Below are positions 1-7,521 of a stretch of 64,000 nucleotides of DNA, in pieces; the first letter of the stretch is position 1, and the number at the start of each line of letters is the position of its first letter. This stretch comes from Gemmatimonadales bacterium (GTDB lineage: Bacteria; Gemmatimonadota; Gemmatimonadetes; Gemmatimonadales; GWC2-71-9). The notes under the pieces were generated by a model. That model made no database searches and had not been told where the DNA came from. It was given only the letters and a program-made list of their open reading frames with translations. The position numbers and the translations under genes were made by a program. The stretch is from NCBI GenBank assembly GCA_046757925.1, contig JBHHZE010000005.1:4239-68238 (forward strand). The letters run 5' to 3'.

Positions 1-1217
1 TGGCTCAATACCGAGCCCCGCTCCGTCATCCAATGCCAGCCGGTGTGCGCGACCAGTGCCGAGAGGATGATCGTTCCTATCCGTTCCTTAGCGACAAACC
101 GGAACAGGGCTTCGAGCGCGGGGATGAGCAGCAGGAGAACCAGAAGTTGCCCGAGTTCGACGCCGACATTGAACGACAAGAGCGAAGTCAACATGTGTGA
201 TCCCGCGAATTGGAGCTGGTCTCTCAGGGCGAACGAAAAGCCGAATCCATGGACCAGGCCAAACCCGAAAGCGATCATCCAGCGATGCCTGGAATTTGCG
301 CCCACGATGTTCTCGAGCGCCATATACACGATAGAAGCGGCGATCAGCGTCTCGACCAGCGGCGGAAACCACAGCGTGCCCGGCGCCAGATTGTAGGCGG
401 ACCCGATCAACGTTATCGAGTGCGCCACCGTGAATGCCGTGACGATCGGCACGAGGGCACGCAAGCGCCGGAACGGGATCACCAGGCAGAGCAGGAACAA
501 CAGGTGATCGATACCATCCAGGATGTGGTAGAACCCCCCTCTGACGAACCGCAGAGCCGCTTGGTGCCAGCGCGGATCCAGCCTGACCAGACCTGGATCG
601 CCCCTGTACTCGAAGGCTCGAACGCCGCCGCCGGGCGGCAGAAACCGCAGCACGGTCACGACCTTGAGCGCCAGTCGCTCGAACCTCGGGTGAATCGAAA
701 ACCTGGACCGATCCGACCGGATCGGATACTCGAGCAAGACGTCGAGCATCGCCTGGTTCCAATAGAGGACCGTGGAGTCCGGCAGGCGTGGGCCGGTGAC
801 GTGAGCCAGCGCGCTCCCGTAACTGACAAAGGATCGGTCGGACGGGATCGATGCGCGTGCGGCAACGAGCTTGGCATTGCCGAGCGGAGTATCGCCCTCG
901 TAGAACACGATGTTACCGGCGATCCAGAGCATTGCCGCTTGACGCAGCCGCGGGTCGGCTCGCGCTAAGTCCAGGTATCCCGGTCCCGAGAGTGGGAACT
1001 CCACATCGCGCATGGCCTCGAGCGGCACTCGAACGAGCAGGCGAAGTCGTTGCCCTTCCGGCTTTACGAATGCGTGGACGGTCACGTCGCTCGGGATGTC
1101 GTGGGGCGGGCGCGGGGGCGGAGGCGGCGAACCAAACGCCCGCGCCACGATCGGGCCCAGCAACAGTGCGGCCAGAACGGTCGGCAGTGTGCGGAACTGT
1201 CGGAAATGTTGGAACAT
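1..1217 (-). CDS. HupE/UreJ-type membrane protein with N-terminal periplasmic domain; 3' end lies beyond the left edge
   Basis: The third minus frame is open from ATG 1217 to position 1. It is absent from the ORF track because there is no stop in the window. My translation starts MFQHFRQFRTLPTVLAALLLGPIVARA (signal peptide). It then contains GGFYHILDGIDHLLFLLCLVIPF, AFGFGLVHGFGFSFAL and VGVELGQLLVLLL, which resemble HupE/UreJ_2 motifs. Confidence 0.6.
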   Translation of the reverse strand, partial: MFQHFRQFRTLPTVLAALLLGPIVARAFGSPPPPPRPPHDIPSDVTVHAFVKPEGQRLRLLVRVPLEAMRDVEFPLSGPGYLDLARADPRLRQAAMLWIAGNIVFYEGDTPLGNAKLVAARASIPSDRSFVSYGSALAHVTGPRLPDSTVLYWNQAMLDVLLEYPIRSDRSRFSIHPRFERLALKVVTVLRFLPPGGGVRAFEYRGDPGLVRLDPRWHQAALRFVRGGFYHILDGIDHLLFLLCLVIPFRRLRALVPIVTAFTVAHSITLIGSAYNLAPGTLWFPPLVETLIAASIVYMALENIVGANSRHRWMIAFGFGLVHGFGFSFALRDQLQFAGSHMLTSLLSFNVGVELGQLLVLLLLIPALEALFRFVAKERIGTIILSALVAHTGWHWMTERGSVLS

Positions 1218-1398
1218 GCTTCTGTCCGGGGCGACCCTTTTTGAAGATCGGCAGAAAGATGCGTGCTCCGGAGCGATGTTGGCAAGCGAGTTGTTACGCG
1301 CAGCCGCTTCGGCGGCTATCTTGGTAAACGGTCCGGATAAGCCTGGTGCCTGGAAAGAGGCGTCTCGCCCGATGGTGTACCATGAAGGGGAGGAACCG

Positions 1399-2568
1399 AT
1401 GAAACGGTCGCGCGATCTTCTGATCCTCGGAGCTGCACTCGTGCTAGTGCTCGGGTTCGTCGTCAAGGGGGAAGAGACCAATGGTCAGGCGGGTACCGCC
1501 AAGGTGGCGCCGATGTTCGAGGTAGATCCGCTTTGGCCCAAACCGCTGCCCAACCACTGGGTTCTGGGGTCCGCTATCGGCGTGTCGGTGGACTCCCGCG
1601 ATCACGTATGGATCGTCCATCGTGGGAACGGCAATGCGAGAACCGAACTCGGTGCGGCGCAAGATCCTCCGACCGGAGAGTGCTGTATTCCCGCCCCAAA
1701 CGTTCTCGAGTTCGATCAGGATGGCAATCTCCTGAGGCACTGGGGCGGCCCCGGTGAGGGCTACGACTGGCCCGAGTCGAACCACGGGATCACGATCGAC
1801 AACAAGGACAACGTGTGGATCGGCGGCAACGGCCGGAACGACGCTCATATCCTCAAGTTCGCGCGGGATGGCACTTTCTTGATGCAATTGGGTCATCCGG
1901 GACAGAGTGGAGGCAGTCACGATACCGTCAACTTCGGGCGCGTGGCCAAGATCTCGTTCGACATAGCGGCCAACGAGGCGTATATCGCCGACGGATACGG
2001 CAACAAGCGTGTGGCGGTGATCGATATGGACACGGGCAAGTTCAAGCGCTATTGGGGTGCGTACGGCCACGACCCCGACGACACCGACATCGGTCGTTAC
2101 AATCCAGACGAAGCCCCGGCTCAGCAGTTCCGTAACCCCGTCCACTGTGCCGAACCCACAAATGACGGGCTCGTGTATGTGTGCGACCGCCCGAACGACC
2201 GGATTCAGGTATTCCGCAAAGATGGCACGTTCGTGAACGAGGTATTCATAGCGCCGCGCACCCTGGGAGACGGGTCGGTGTGGGACATCGCGTTTTCCAG
2301 GGACCCGGAGCAGAAGTTCCTCTACCTGGCCGACGGCAAGAACATGAAGGTCTACATTATCGAGCGGGCCACCATGGAGATCTTGACGAGTTTCGGAGAC
2401 GGCGGACGACAGCCCGGTGCGTTCTTCGCCGTGCACAGTATCGCCACCGATTCCAAGGGCAACATTTACACTACGGAGACATACGAGGGGAAACGGGTTC
2501 AGAAGTTCGTCTATAAGGGTCTGGGGCCGGTGACTAAGAAAAACCAGGGAGTTGTGTGGCCGCACTAA
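1399..2568 (+). CDS. NHL-repeat / PAL-like six-bladed beta-propeller protein, membrane-anchored or secreted
   Basis: Track ORF 1012..2568 trimmed to ATG 1399, which has GGGGAGGA 5 nt upstream and is followed by MKRSRDLLILGAALVLVLGFVV. Repeated blade motifs are DHVWIVHRG, DNVWIGGNG, EAYIADGYGN, LVYVCDRPN, FLYLADGKN and NIYTTETYEG. Confidence 0.75.
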   Translation: MKRSRDLLILGAALVLVLGFVVKGEETNGQAGTAKVAPMFEVDPLWPKPLPNHWVLGSAIGVSVDSRDHVWIVHRGNGNARTELGAAQDPPTGECCIPAPNVLEFDQDGNLLRHWGGPGEGYDWPESNHGITIDNKDNVWIGGNGRNDAHILKFARDGTFLMQLGHPGQSGGSHDTVNFGRVAKISFDIAANEAYIADGYGNKRVAVIDMDTGKFKRYWGAYGHDPDDTDIGRYNPDEAPAQQFRNPVHCAEPTNDGLVYVCDRPNDRIQVFRKDGTFVNEVFIAPRTLGDGSVWDIAFSRDPEQKFLYLADGKNMKVYIIERATMEILTSFGDGGRQPGAFFAVHSIATDSKGNIYTTETYEGKRVQKFVYKGLGPVTKKNQGVVWPH

Positions 2569-2570
2569 TC

Positions 2571-2630
2571 GAGGACGGTCGAGGACGGTCGAGGACGGTC
2601 GAGGACGGTCGAGGACGGTCGAGGACGGGC
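2571..2630. repeat. Tandem 10-bp repeat GAGGACGGTC: 5 perfect copies, 1 near-perfect copy (GAGGACGGGC), then about 3 degenerate copies to 2660
   Basis: Read directly from the sequence. It starts 3 nt after the TAA stop at 2566-2568 and lies upstream of the ATG at 2714. Confidence 0.95.
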
Positions 2631-2713
2631 AAAGGCGGTCTAGGGCGGCCCAAGACGATTGGTCCGCACGAGAAGCAGAGGCCATCATCCAAGAACAGAA
2701 GGGGGTGACCGAC

Positions 2714-3364
2714 ATGAGCAAGATGCGATTTCTTCTGGCAGCATTGCCGCTGGCTTTGGTGGGTTCGACCTCGGCGCCGATCCAGGATTCGGCAATGAGT
2801 TTCTTCATCACGAGTGTGGGCCCGGGCAACGGAGCGGATTTGGGTGGCCTGGCCGGAGCAGACCGGCACTGCCAGATGCTCGCAGAAGCCGCCGGTTCCA
2901 AGAACAATACGTGGCACGCCTATCTCAGCACCATCGCCTCCGGCGGACAGGCGGCCGTCAACGCCCGTGATCGCATCGGCTCAGGACCCTGGTACAATGC
3001 GAAGGGTGTCATGATCGCCAAGAGTGTCGCCGATCTCCACGGCGACTCCAACAACCTGACGAAAGAGACCCAGCTCAACGAAAAGGGTGAGATAGTGAAC
3101 GGCAGGGGCGATCGCCCGAACATGCACGACATCCTGACAGGCTCGAATCTCGACGGAACGGCGTTTACCGCTGAGGGCTACACGAATTGCGACAACTGGA
3201 CCAGCAGTGGTGAGGGCAGTGCCCGGGTAGGCCACCACGACCGCCAGGGCGGCGGCCAGAACCCCACGTCGTGGAATTCAGCTCACAACTCGAGAGGCTG
3301 CAGCCAGAAGAACCTGCAAGGTACAGGCGGCAACGGGCTGTTCTACTGTTTCGCCGTCAATTGA
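2714..3364 (+). CDS. Secreted Cys-containing protein of unknown function (endostatin / C-type-lectin-fold, DUF1554-like; family call tentative)
   Basis: Track ORF 2552..3364 trimmed to ATG 2714, with AGAAGGGGG upstream. Signal peptide MSKMRFLLAALPLALVGSTSAP. Conserved-looking Cys contexts are GADRHCQMLA, YTNCDNWTSS and GLFYCFAVN. Confidence 0.7.
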   Translation: MSKMRFLLAALPLALVGSTSAPIQDSAMSFFITSVGPGNGADLGGLAGADRHCQMLAEAAGSKNNTWHAYLSTIASGGQAAVNARDRIGSGPWYNAKGVMIAKSVADLHGDSNNLTKETQLNEKGEIVNGRGDRPNMHDILTGSNLDGTAFTAEGYTNCDNWTSSGEGSARVGHHDRQGGGQNPTSWNSAHNSRGCSQKNLQGTGGNGLFYCFAVN

Positions 3365-4823
3365 GGTGCCCCGCCGACGGTGATGAGTCGGGCCTCTGGT
3401 TGCCCCGCTCCAGAATTCCGTCGACCTCCACCCGGGCCTCCAATTCGTGATCGACCAGCTCACCGATTTGCTTAGCGCGTTCGAGATGGAGCGTCAGGTC
3501 ATCTACGGTGCCTTGACCGGCGCGGAGGCGCAACAGGGCTAACCGCACACTCTCGAGCGCTGCCACGGTGTCGGTCAGCCGCTCGCCGGTCTCGCCCTCT
3601 CTGCGCAGTCGCTCGGCCCTCTGCTCGAGGCGGTGTACGACATGCGGAACGTCTCCCAAGCGCCTGCGGTCTTGGGCAGATAGCGTGGAGTAAGCATCGA
3701 CCGCAGCGCGGCCCAAGACGAACTCGGTCGCGTCGGTAGATGGTAGTACGGATACCTCTGGAGGTTTGAGCCCGGTTCCTGCAACCTTGAAGAACCAGCG
3801 TCCGAACCGCCCCGCCCATACCCGGTGCCATAGGCCGTCGAGACGGCGAAGCCAACGTCTCTTCAGAATGACATCCGCTTCTTCTTCCTGGACCCGCGCT
3901 TCGGCGAGCACGACCATAGTCGAGATTTCGGCATTGCGCACGAAGCTCCGAACCAGGGGCGGCGCACGGAAGTCGCGGCCCCGGGCCTCACCTACCAGGC
4001 GCGCAAGGTCGTCGCCGGTCTGGATGCGATTGGCCGGCTCTTTCTCTAAGCACCGGTCGATCACCGACGCAAGCCGCTCGGGGATATTGGGAGTGATTTC
4101 CTTGATGGAAGGCGCCGGCTCTGACACCGCCTGCACGAGCATTGCGGGCACGTTCTTTCCCTCGAAGGGTGCCCTGCCCGACACGGCGTAGAAGAAGGTG
4201 GCGCCGAGTGAGTAGAGATCGCTGCGGGCGTCAACGACGTCGCCACAGGCCTGTTCCGGGCTCATGTAACGCGCGGTTCCAATGATCTCACCGGTTGGCG
4301 CGTCTTCTCCCACCCGTGCCACCTGAGCGATTCCAAAATCGGTGACCAGCGCGCGATCGGTCGCTTGGTCGATCATGATGTTGTCGGGCTTGATGTCGCG
4401 GTGCACTACGCCCCTCTGGTGCGCGTAAGCCAGGGCCCAAGCGACTTCCTGTAATAGCTTCATTGCAAACCGCGGTGTGAGCGGACCGGATCGTTCGACC
4501 CGCGCGCGCAACGTCTCGCCGTCCACGTATCCCATCACGAAGAACACCATGTCACCGTGCTCTTCGACCAAGTGGATCGGGACAATGTTGGGATGCGCGA
4601 GGCCGGCAGCCGTCCGTGCCTCGCGCAAAAACCGCTCACGGTGCTCGGGCACCGCAGCCAACTCGGGCGGCAGCAGCTTGATTGCCACCGGGCGGTCGAG
4701 CGCGACATCCCGCGCGAGCAGCACTATTCCCATTCCGCCCCTCCCCAACTCGCGCTCGATGGAGTAGCGGCCCGCCAAGATCTCTTGGAGAGATAGAAAC
4801 TCTCCGCTGATCAGATTGGTCAT
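3357..4823 (-). CDS. Hanks-type Ser/Thr protein kinase
   Basis: Kinase motifs GRGGMGIVLLA (G-loop), VAIKLL (catalytic Lys), HRDIKPDNIM, DFGIAQ and YMSPEQ. The C-terminal half is helical and of unknown function. Confidence 0.92.
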   Translation of the reverse strand: MTNLISGEFLSLQEILAGRYSIERELGRGGMGIVLLARDVALDRPVAIKLLPPELAAVPEHRERFLREARTAAGLAHPNIVPIHLVEEHGDMVFFVMGYVDGETLRARVERSGPLTPRFAMKLLQEVAWALAYAHQRGVVHRDIKPDNIMIDQATDRALVTDFGIAQVARVGEDAPTGEIIGTARYMSPEQACGDVVDARSDLYSLGATFFYAVSGRAPFEGKNVPAMLVQAVSEPAPSIKEITPNIPERLASVIDRCLEKEPANRIQTGDDLARLVGEARGRDFRAPPLVRSFVRNAEISTMVVLAEARVQEEEADVILKRRWLRRLDGLWHRVWAGRFGRWFFKVAGTGLKPPEVSVLPSTDATEFVLGRAAVDAYSTLSAQDRRRLGDVPHVVHRLEQRAERLRREGETGERLTDTVAALESVRLALLRLRAGQGTVDDLTLHLERAKQIGELVDHELEARVEVDGILERGNQRPDSSPSAGHLN

Positions 4824-4880
4824 GGCACCAACATAACGCCGCAGCCGGTGAAGCGTGGACCGGTAGCACCCTTACGGCGC

Positions 4881-4919
4881 TTGACATGTGATACACATGT
4901 AATCATCATATTCACATGT
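4881..4919 (+). promoter_or_regulatory. Putative vapBC promoter/operator: TTGACA (4881-4886) overlapping the palindrome ACATGTG-ATA-CACATGT (4884-4900), plus a third CACATGT half-site (4913-4919) covering the vapB ATG
   Basis: The hexamer and inverted repeat are read directly from the sequence. There is no Shine-Dalgarno sequence before ATG 4916, and I could not fix the -10 element confidently. Confidence 0.45.
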
Positions 4920-5146
4920 CCAAGATGATTCAGATTCGTAACGTGCCCGACTCGGTCCATCGAGTACTCAAGGCGCGTGCGGCGATGTCTGGTTATTCCC
5001 TTTCCGAGTACTTGTTGCGGGAGATCACTCAGAGCGCCCAGGCGCCGACGGACGACCAACTGTGGGCCCGCATCAAAAAGCGACGCTCGGTGGAACTCGA
5101 TCTCCCACTCGCCCGGATGGTCCGCGAGGAGCGCGATTCTCGTTGA
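4916..5146 (+). CDS. vapB: VapB/FitA-type ribbon-helix-helix antitoxin
   Basis: MSKMIQIRNVPDSVHRVLKARAAMSGYSLSEYLLREI is a typical RHH antitoxin N-terminus. The protein is 76 aa, and its stop overlaps the next gene's start (TTGA at 5143-5146). Confidence 0.85.
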   Translation: MSKMIQIRNVPDSVHRVLKARAAMSGYSLSEYLLREITQSAQAPTDDQLWARIKKRRSVELDLPLARMVREERDSR

Positions 5147-5535
5147 TCGTCCTCGACGCATCGGTGGTCTTGGAAGTTATCCTCAGCACGGTGGTGGGAC
5201 GGGGTTTAGAACCTCGGCTGAGGGCGGCCGGCGAATCGTGGCATGCGCCCGCGGTGCTCGACCTCGAGGTGACACAGGTGCTGCGACGTCTCGCGCGTGT
5301 CAGGACGCTCACTTCCAAACGCGGTGCCCAAGCGGTCGCCGATCTCGCAGATCTACCGATCCGGCGCTATCCGCACTTGCCGTTCATCCACCGCGTGTGG
5401 AGTATGCGCCGGAACTTGACGGCATACGACGCCGCCTATGTGGCTCTCGCCGAGGAGCTCGGCGCGCCGCTTGTAACGCGTGATGCCAAGCTCGCGGCGG
5501 CTCCTGGGCACAGGGCCGTGGTAGAACTGGTGTAG
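5143..5535 (+). CDS. vapC: PIN-domain toxin VapC
   Basis: LIVLDASVVLEVIL carries the first acidic residue, followed by TAYDAAYVALAEELGAPLVTRDAKL. I chose TTG 5143 because of its 4-nt overlap with the vapB stop; the track ORF starts earlier at GTG 5062, inside vapB. Confidence 0.85.
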   Translation: MIVLDASVVLEVILSTVVGRGLEPRLRAAGESWHAPAVLDLEVTQVLRRLARVRTLTSKRGAQAVADLADLPIRRYPHLPFIHRVWSMRRNLTAYDAAYVALAEELGAPLVTRDAKLAAAPGHRAVVELV

Positions 5536-5559
5536 CGTATCACCAATGTGTTCGTGAAT

Positions 5560-6645
5560 CTAGGGTTTCTTCAAGTCGTACAGTCGAACGTGTTCCAAAT
5601 CCACGTCATCCTTCCACACGCCGAGCACGTAGTCCTCTCCTATGTCCAGTGCTCGAAAACTTTCGGGGAACTGCGTGGTGCCGAGTAGCATTCCATGACC
5701 GTCGAACACTGTCCAACGTACTCGGGAGTCGTCAGGAAGATTGTACTCTTGAACCGACCGTCCGAACACGACCCAAGCACGAGACCTCCTGCCATCACCG
5801 TCGATGTGCAGAAAGCCCTCGTCGCTCCCCGGATGCGACCCTATGCTACTGCTTGAGCGTCCGTCGAGTGAGTAGCGATAAAGTTCAGCATCTCCGCGGT
5901 AGAATCCTAGCGTAGCTTTGAACACGCTTACCGACGACCCTTGGACCAAGAAACCTGCAGTCGTGAAAACCCCCAACACAAGAGGGTATCGTACCCCCTC
6001 GGTCGCTCTGAGCGCGATCGACCGTCCGAATCTCCCCCCGGTATCGAACACCGACAAACGCCGGTGCTTGAGATCGTATGCTATCAATGAATCTCCACCG
6101 AAGCGCTGTACCTAACCGATGTTGCGAAACTCGCCGGGACCGTCGCCCGCACCACCGGTGGTAGCATCATACATTCCGTCGGGATCGTAGAACCGCAACT
6201 CTTGGGTGCCAGCATTGGCAATGACTATGCGGCCGTCGCTCAGCCGGATCGCGCTCGCTACACGGAATAGCTGATAATTGGGATCGTGCTGCTGTTCACC
6301 GATGTCCACTGTCGGACGATCGGCCAGCCGCCACCCCACGCCCTCACGCCGGACGGGGTCGGAATTTTCAACAATCGTCACGCCGGCGCTGTCACGGACC
6401 GTAGAGGCATGATGCGCTGCAGTTCTACTCCCGCACACTGTCAACCCGAGCGACCCAAGAATCAGAGCCGTGGCCGGGCGGATCCCAGAGACCAGTGGAC
6501 TGTCACCGAGATTTCGTCGGCCGCGCGTTCGAGTGCTGACGCGAACTGAGACGCGCTCCGCTAGAAGCGTGAAAAGAGCATGACTACGAACGAACGTACG
6601 TGAGTGATACCGGGAACTCGATCCGAACACGGACAGCGTGGTCAC
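5560..6645 (-). pseudogene. Six-bladed beta-propeller (TolB-like) lipoprotein gene interrupted by one in-frame TAG
   Basis: ORFs 6112..6645 and 5560..6087 share a frame (6645-6087 = 558). They are separated only by the TAG at 6112-6114, reading GPGEFRNIG*VQRFGGDSLIAYDLKHRRLSVFD. A lipobox LGLTVCGS is present. The true start is unclear because GTG 6645 would give a long N-terminal extension. Confidence 0.6.
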
Positions 6646-7138
6646 CTATCCTCCCCGGCTTGAAGCGGCACGACTGGACCCATTGTAGGAGCGCGTCGTC
6701 CGCCGTTTTGTCCGACGTTCGAATGACCTTGAGCAGCTTCTTCTCGGGAATCCCATCGGCGCCTATGACTACTTCCAGCACTGCCTGTACGTTGACCGGC
6801 AGGGGTTCGCCCCCGCGCGCGCTGATAGCGATCCTTGGCCCTGGCCCGGCCGGGTCGCGCCTTCGGGTCGAACCGCGGACACGCAATCTTCTTGGGGATT
6901 TTGGTGAGGACTCGCTGGCCGTTCTCGGTGTCGTTCAGTGAATAGATGGGCCGGAGATCCCGGGTAGTGAGGTTTGCTGGCGGCGTCGCCACCAGGGGTT
7001 GGGATCTAATACCGAAGTTCATTTGAACACCGCGAGCCCTTGCGATATCGGTCTGTGAATACACCTCTTGGGCTCTTGCTCCTGCCGGGGTCAGGAGCAA
7101 ACCCATAGTGCGACCAGCAGGGAGAAACGGGTCCTCAT
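6584..7138 (-). pseudogene. TonB C-terminal-domain protein gene apparently split over three frames (about 2 frameshifts)
   Basis: AAGGAGG lies 7 nt before ATG 7138 and gives MRTRFSLLVALWVCS*. The next frame continues MGLLLTPAGARAQEVYSQ..., which completes a signal peptide. The third frame (track ORF 6584..6886) carries the TonB_C-like segment PVNVQAVLEVVIGADGIPEKKLLKVIRTSDKTADDALLQWVQSCRFKPGRIGDHAVRVRIEFPV. Confidence 0.4.
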
Positions 7139-7230
7139 CGGGCCTCCTTTTGGCAAGGCACGCTGTCCAAAGCATCTACTCCCGCAAATATTGCGATGAG
7201 ATACCGGGAAGCGAAAGGAGGGTCGGGATT

Positions 7231-7506
7231 CTAGCGGGACGCACGCAAGAATCGCTTGGCGAGCTGCTCCAGACGTTCGTCCTGTTGTTCTCGCGCGCGC
7301 TCTAGAATCCGCTCGACATGCGCAACGAGTTTCTTCTCGCCCCAACTGTAGCCCGTTGCCAACTCGGCGCTCCGCAAGTCGCCCTGGTTCCATCCTTCGA
7401 TGAGTGCAAGTGCGGCGGCTTCGTCGAACCCGGGATCATCTCGCTCGGGTAGGATGTAACTGGGTTCGGGGCCCTCGGCGTCTTCGTTTACGAACGCTCG
7501 CGACAT
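7231..7506 (-). CDS. Small acidic hypothetical protein (91 aa)
   Basis: ATG-initiated ORF starting 15 nt downstream of the kinase stop, with GC-rich third codon positions. It begins MSRAFVNEDAEGPEP. Confidence 0.55.
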   Translation of the reverse strand: MSRAFVNEDAEGPEPSYILPERDDPGFDEAAALALIEGWNQGDLRSAELATGYSWGEKKLVAHVERILERAREQQDERLEQLAKRFLRASR

Positions 7507-7521
7507 TGAGAAGGGCCGTCG

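Noticed and set aside
2571-2660. Possible CRISPR array
   Set aside because: The units are 10 bp and directly abutting, with no spacers, and there are no cas genes in the window. It is a simple tandem repeat.
1444-2907. Long antisense or out-of-frame ORFs: this one, plus 11467..12294, 25818..26789, 39110..40264, 47077..47976, 54893..55816 and 62137..63009
   Set aside because: They are Arg/Pro/Gly-rich low-complexity translations typical of non-coding frames in GC-rich DNA. Each fully overlaps a gene with clear family motifs on the other strand or in another frame.
6112-6114. Programmed amber readthrough or pyrrolysine at the in-frame TAG
   Set aside because: No pyl genes or recoding signals are visible, and neighbouring genes also show damage. 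A plain nonsense mutation or sequencing error is more parsimonious.
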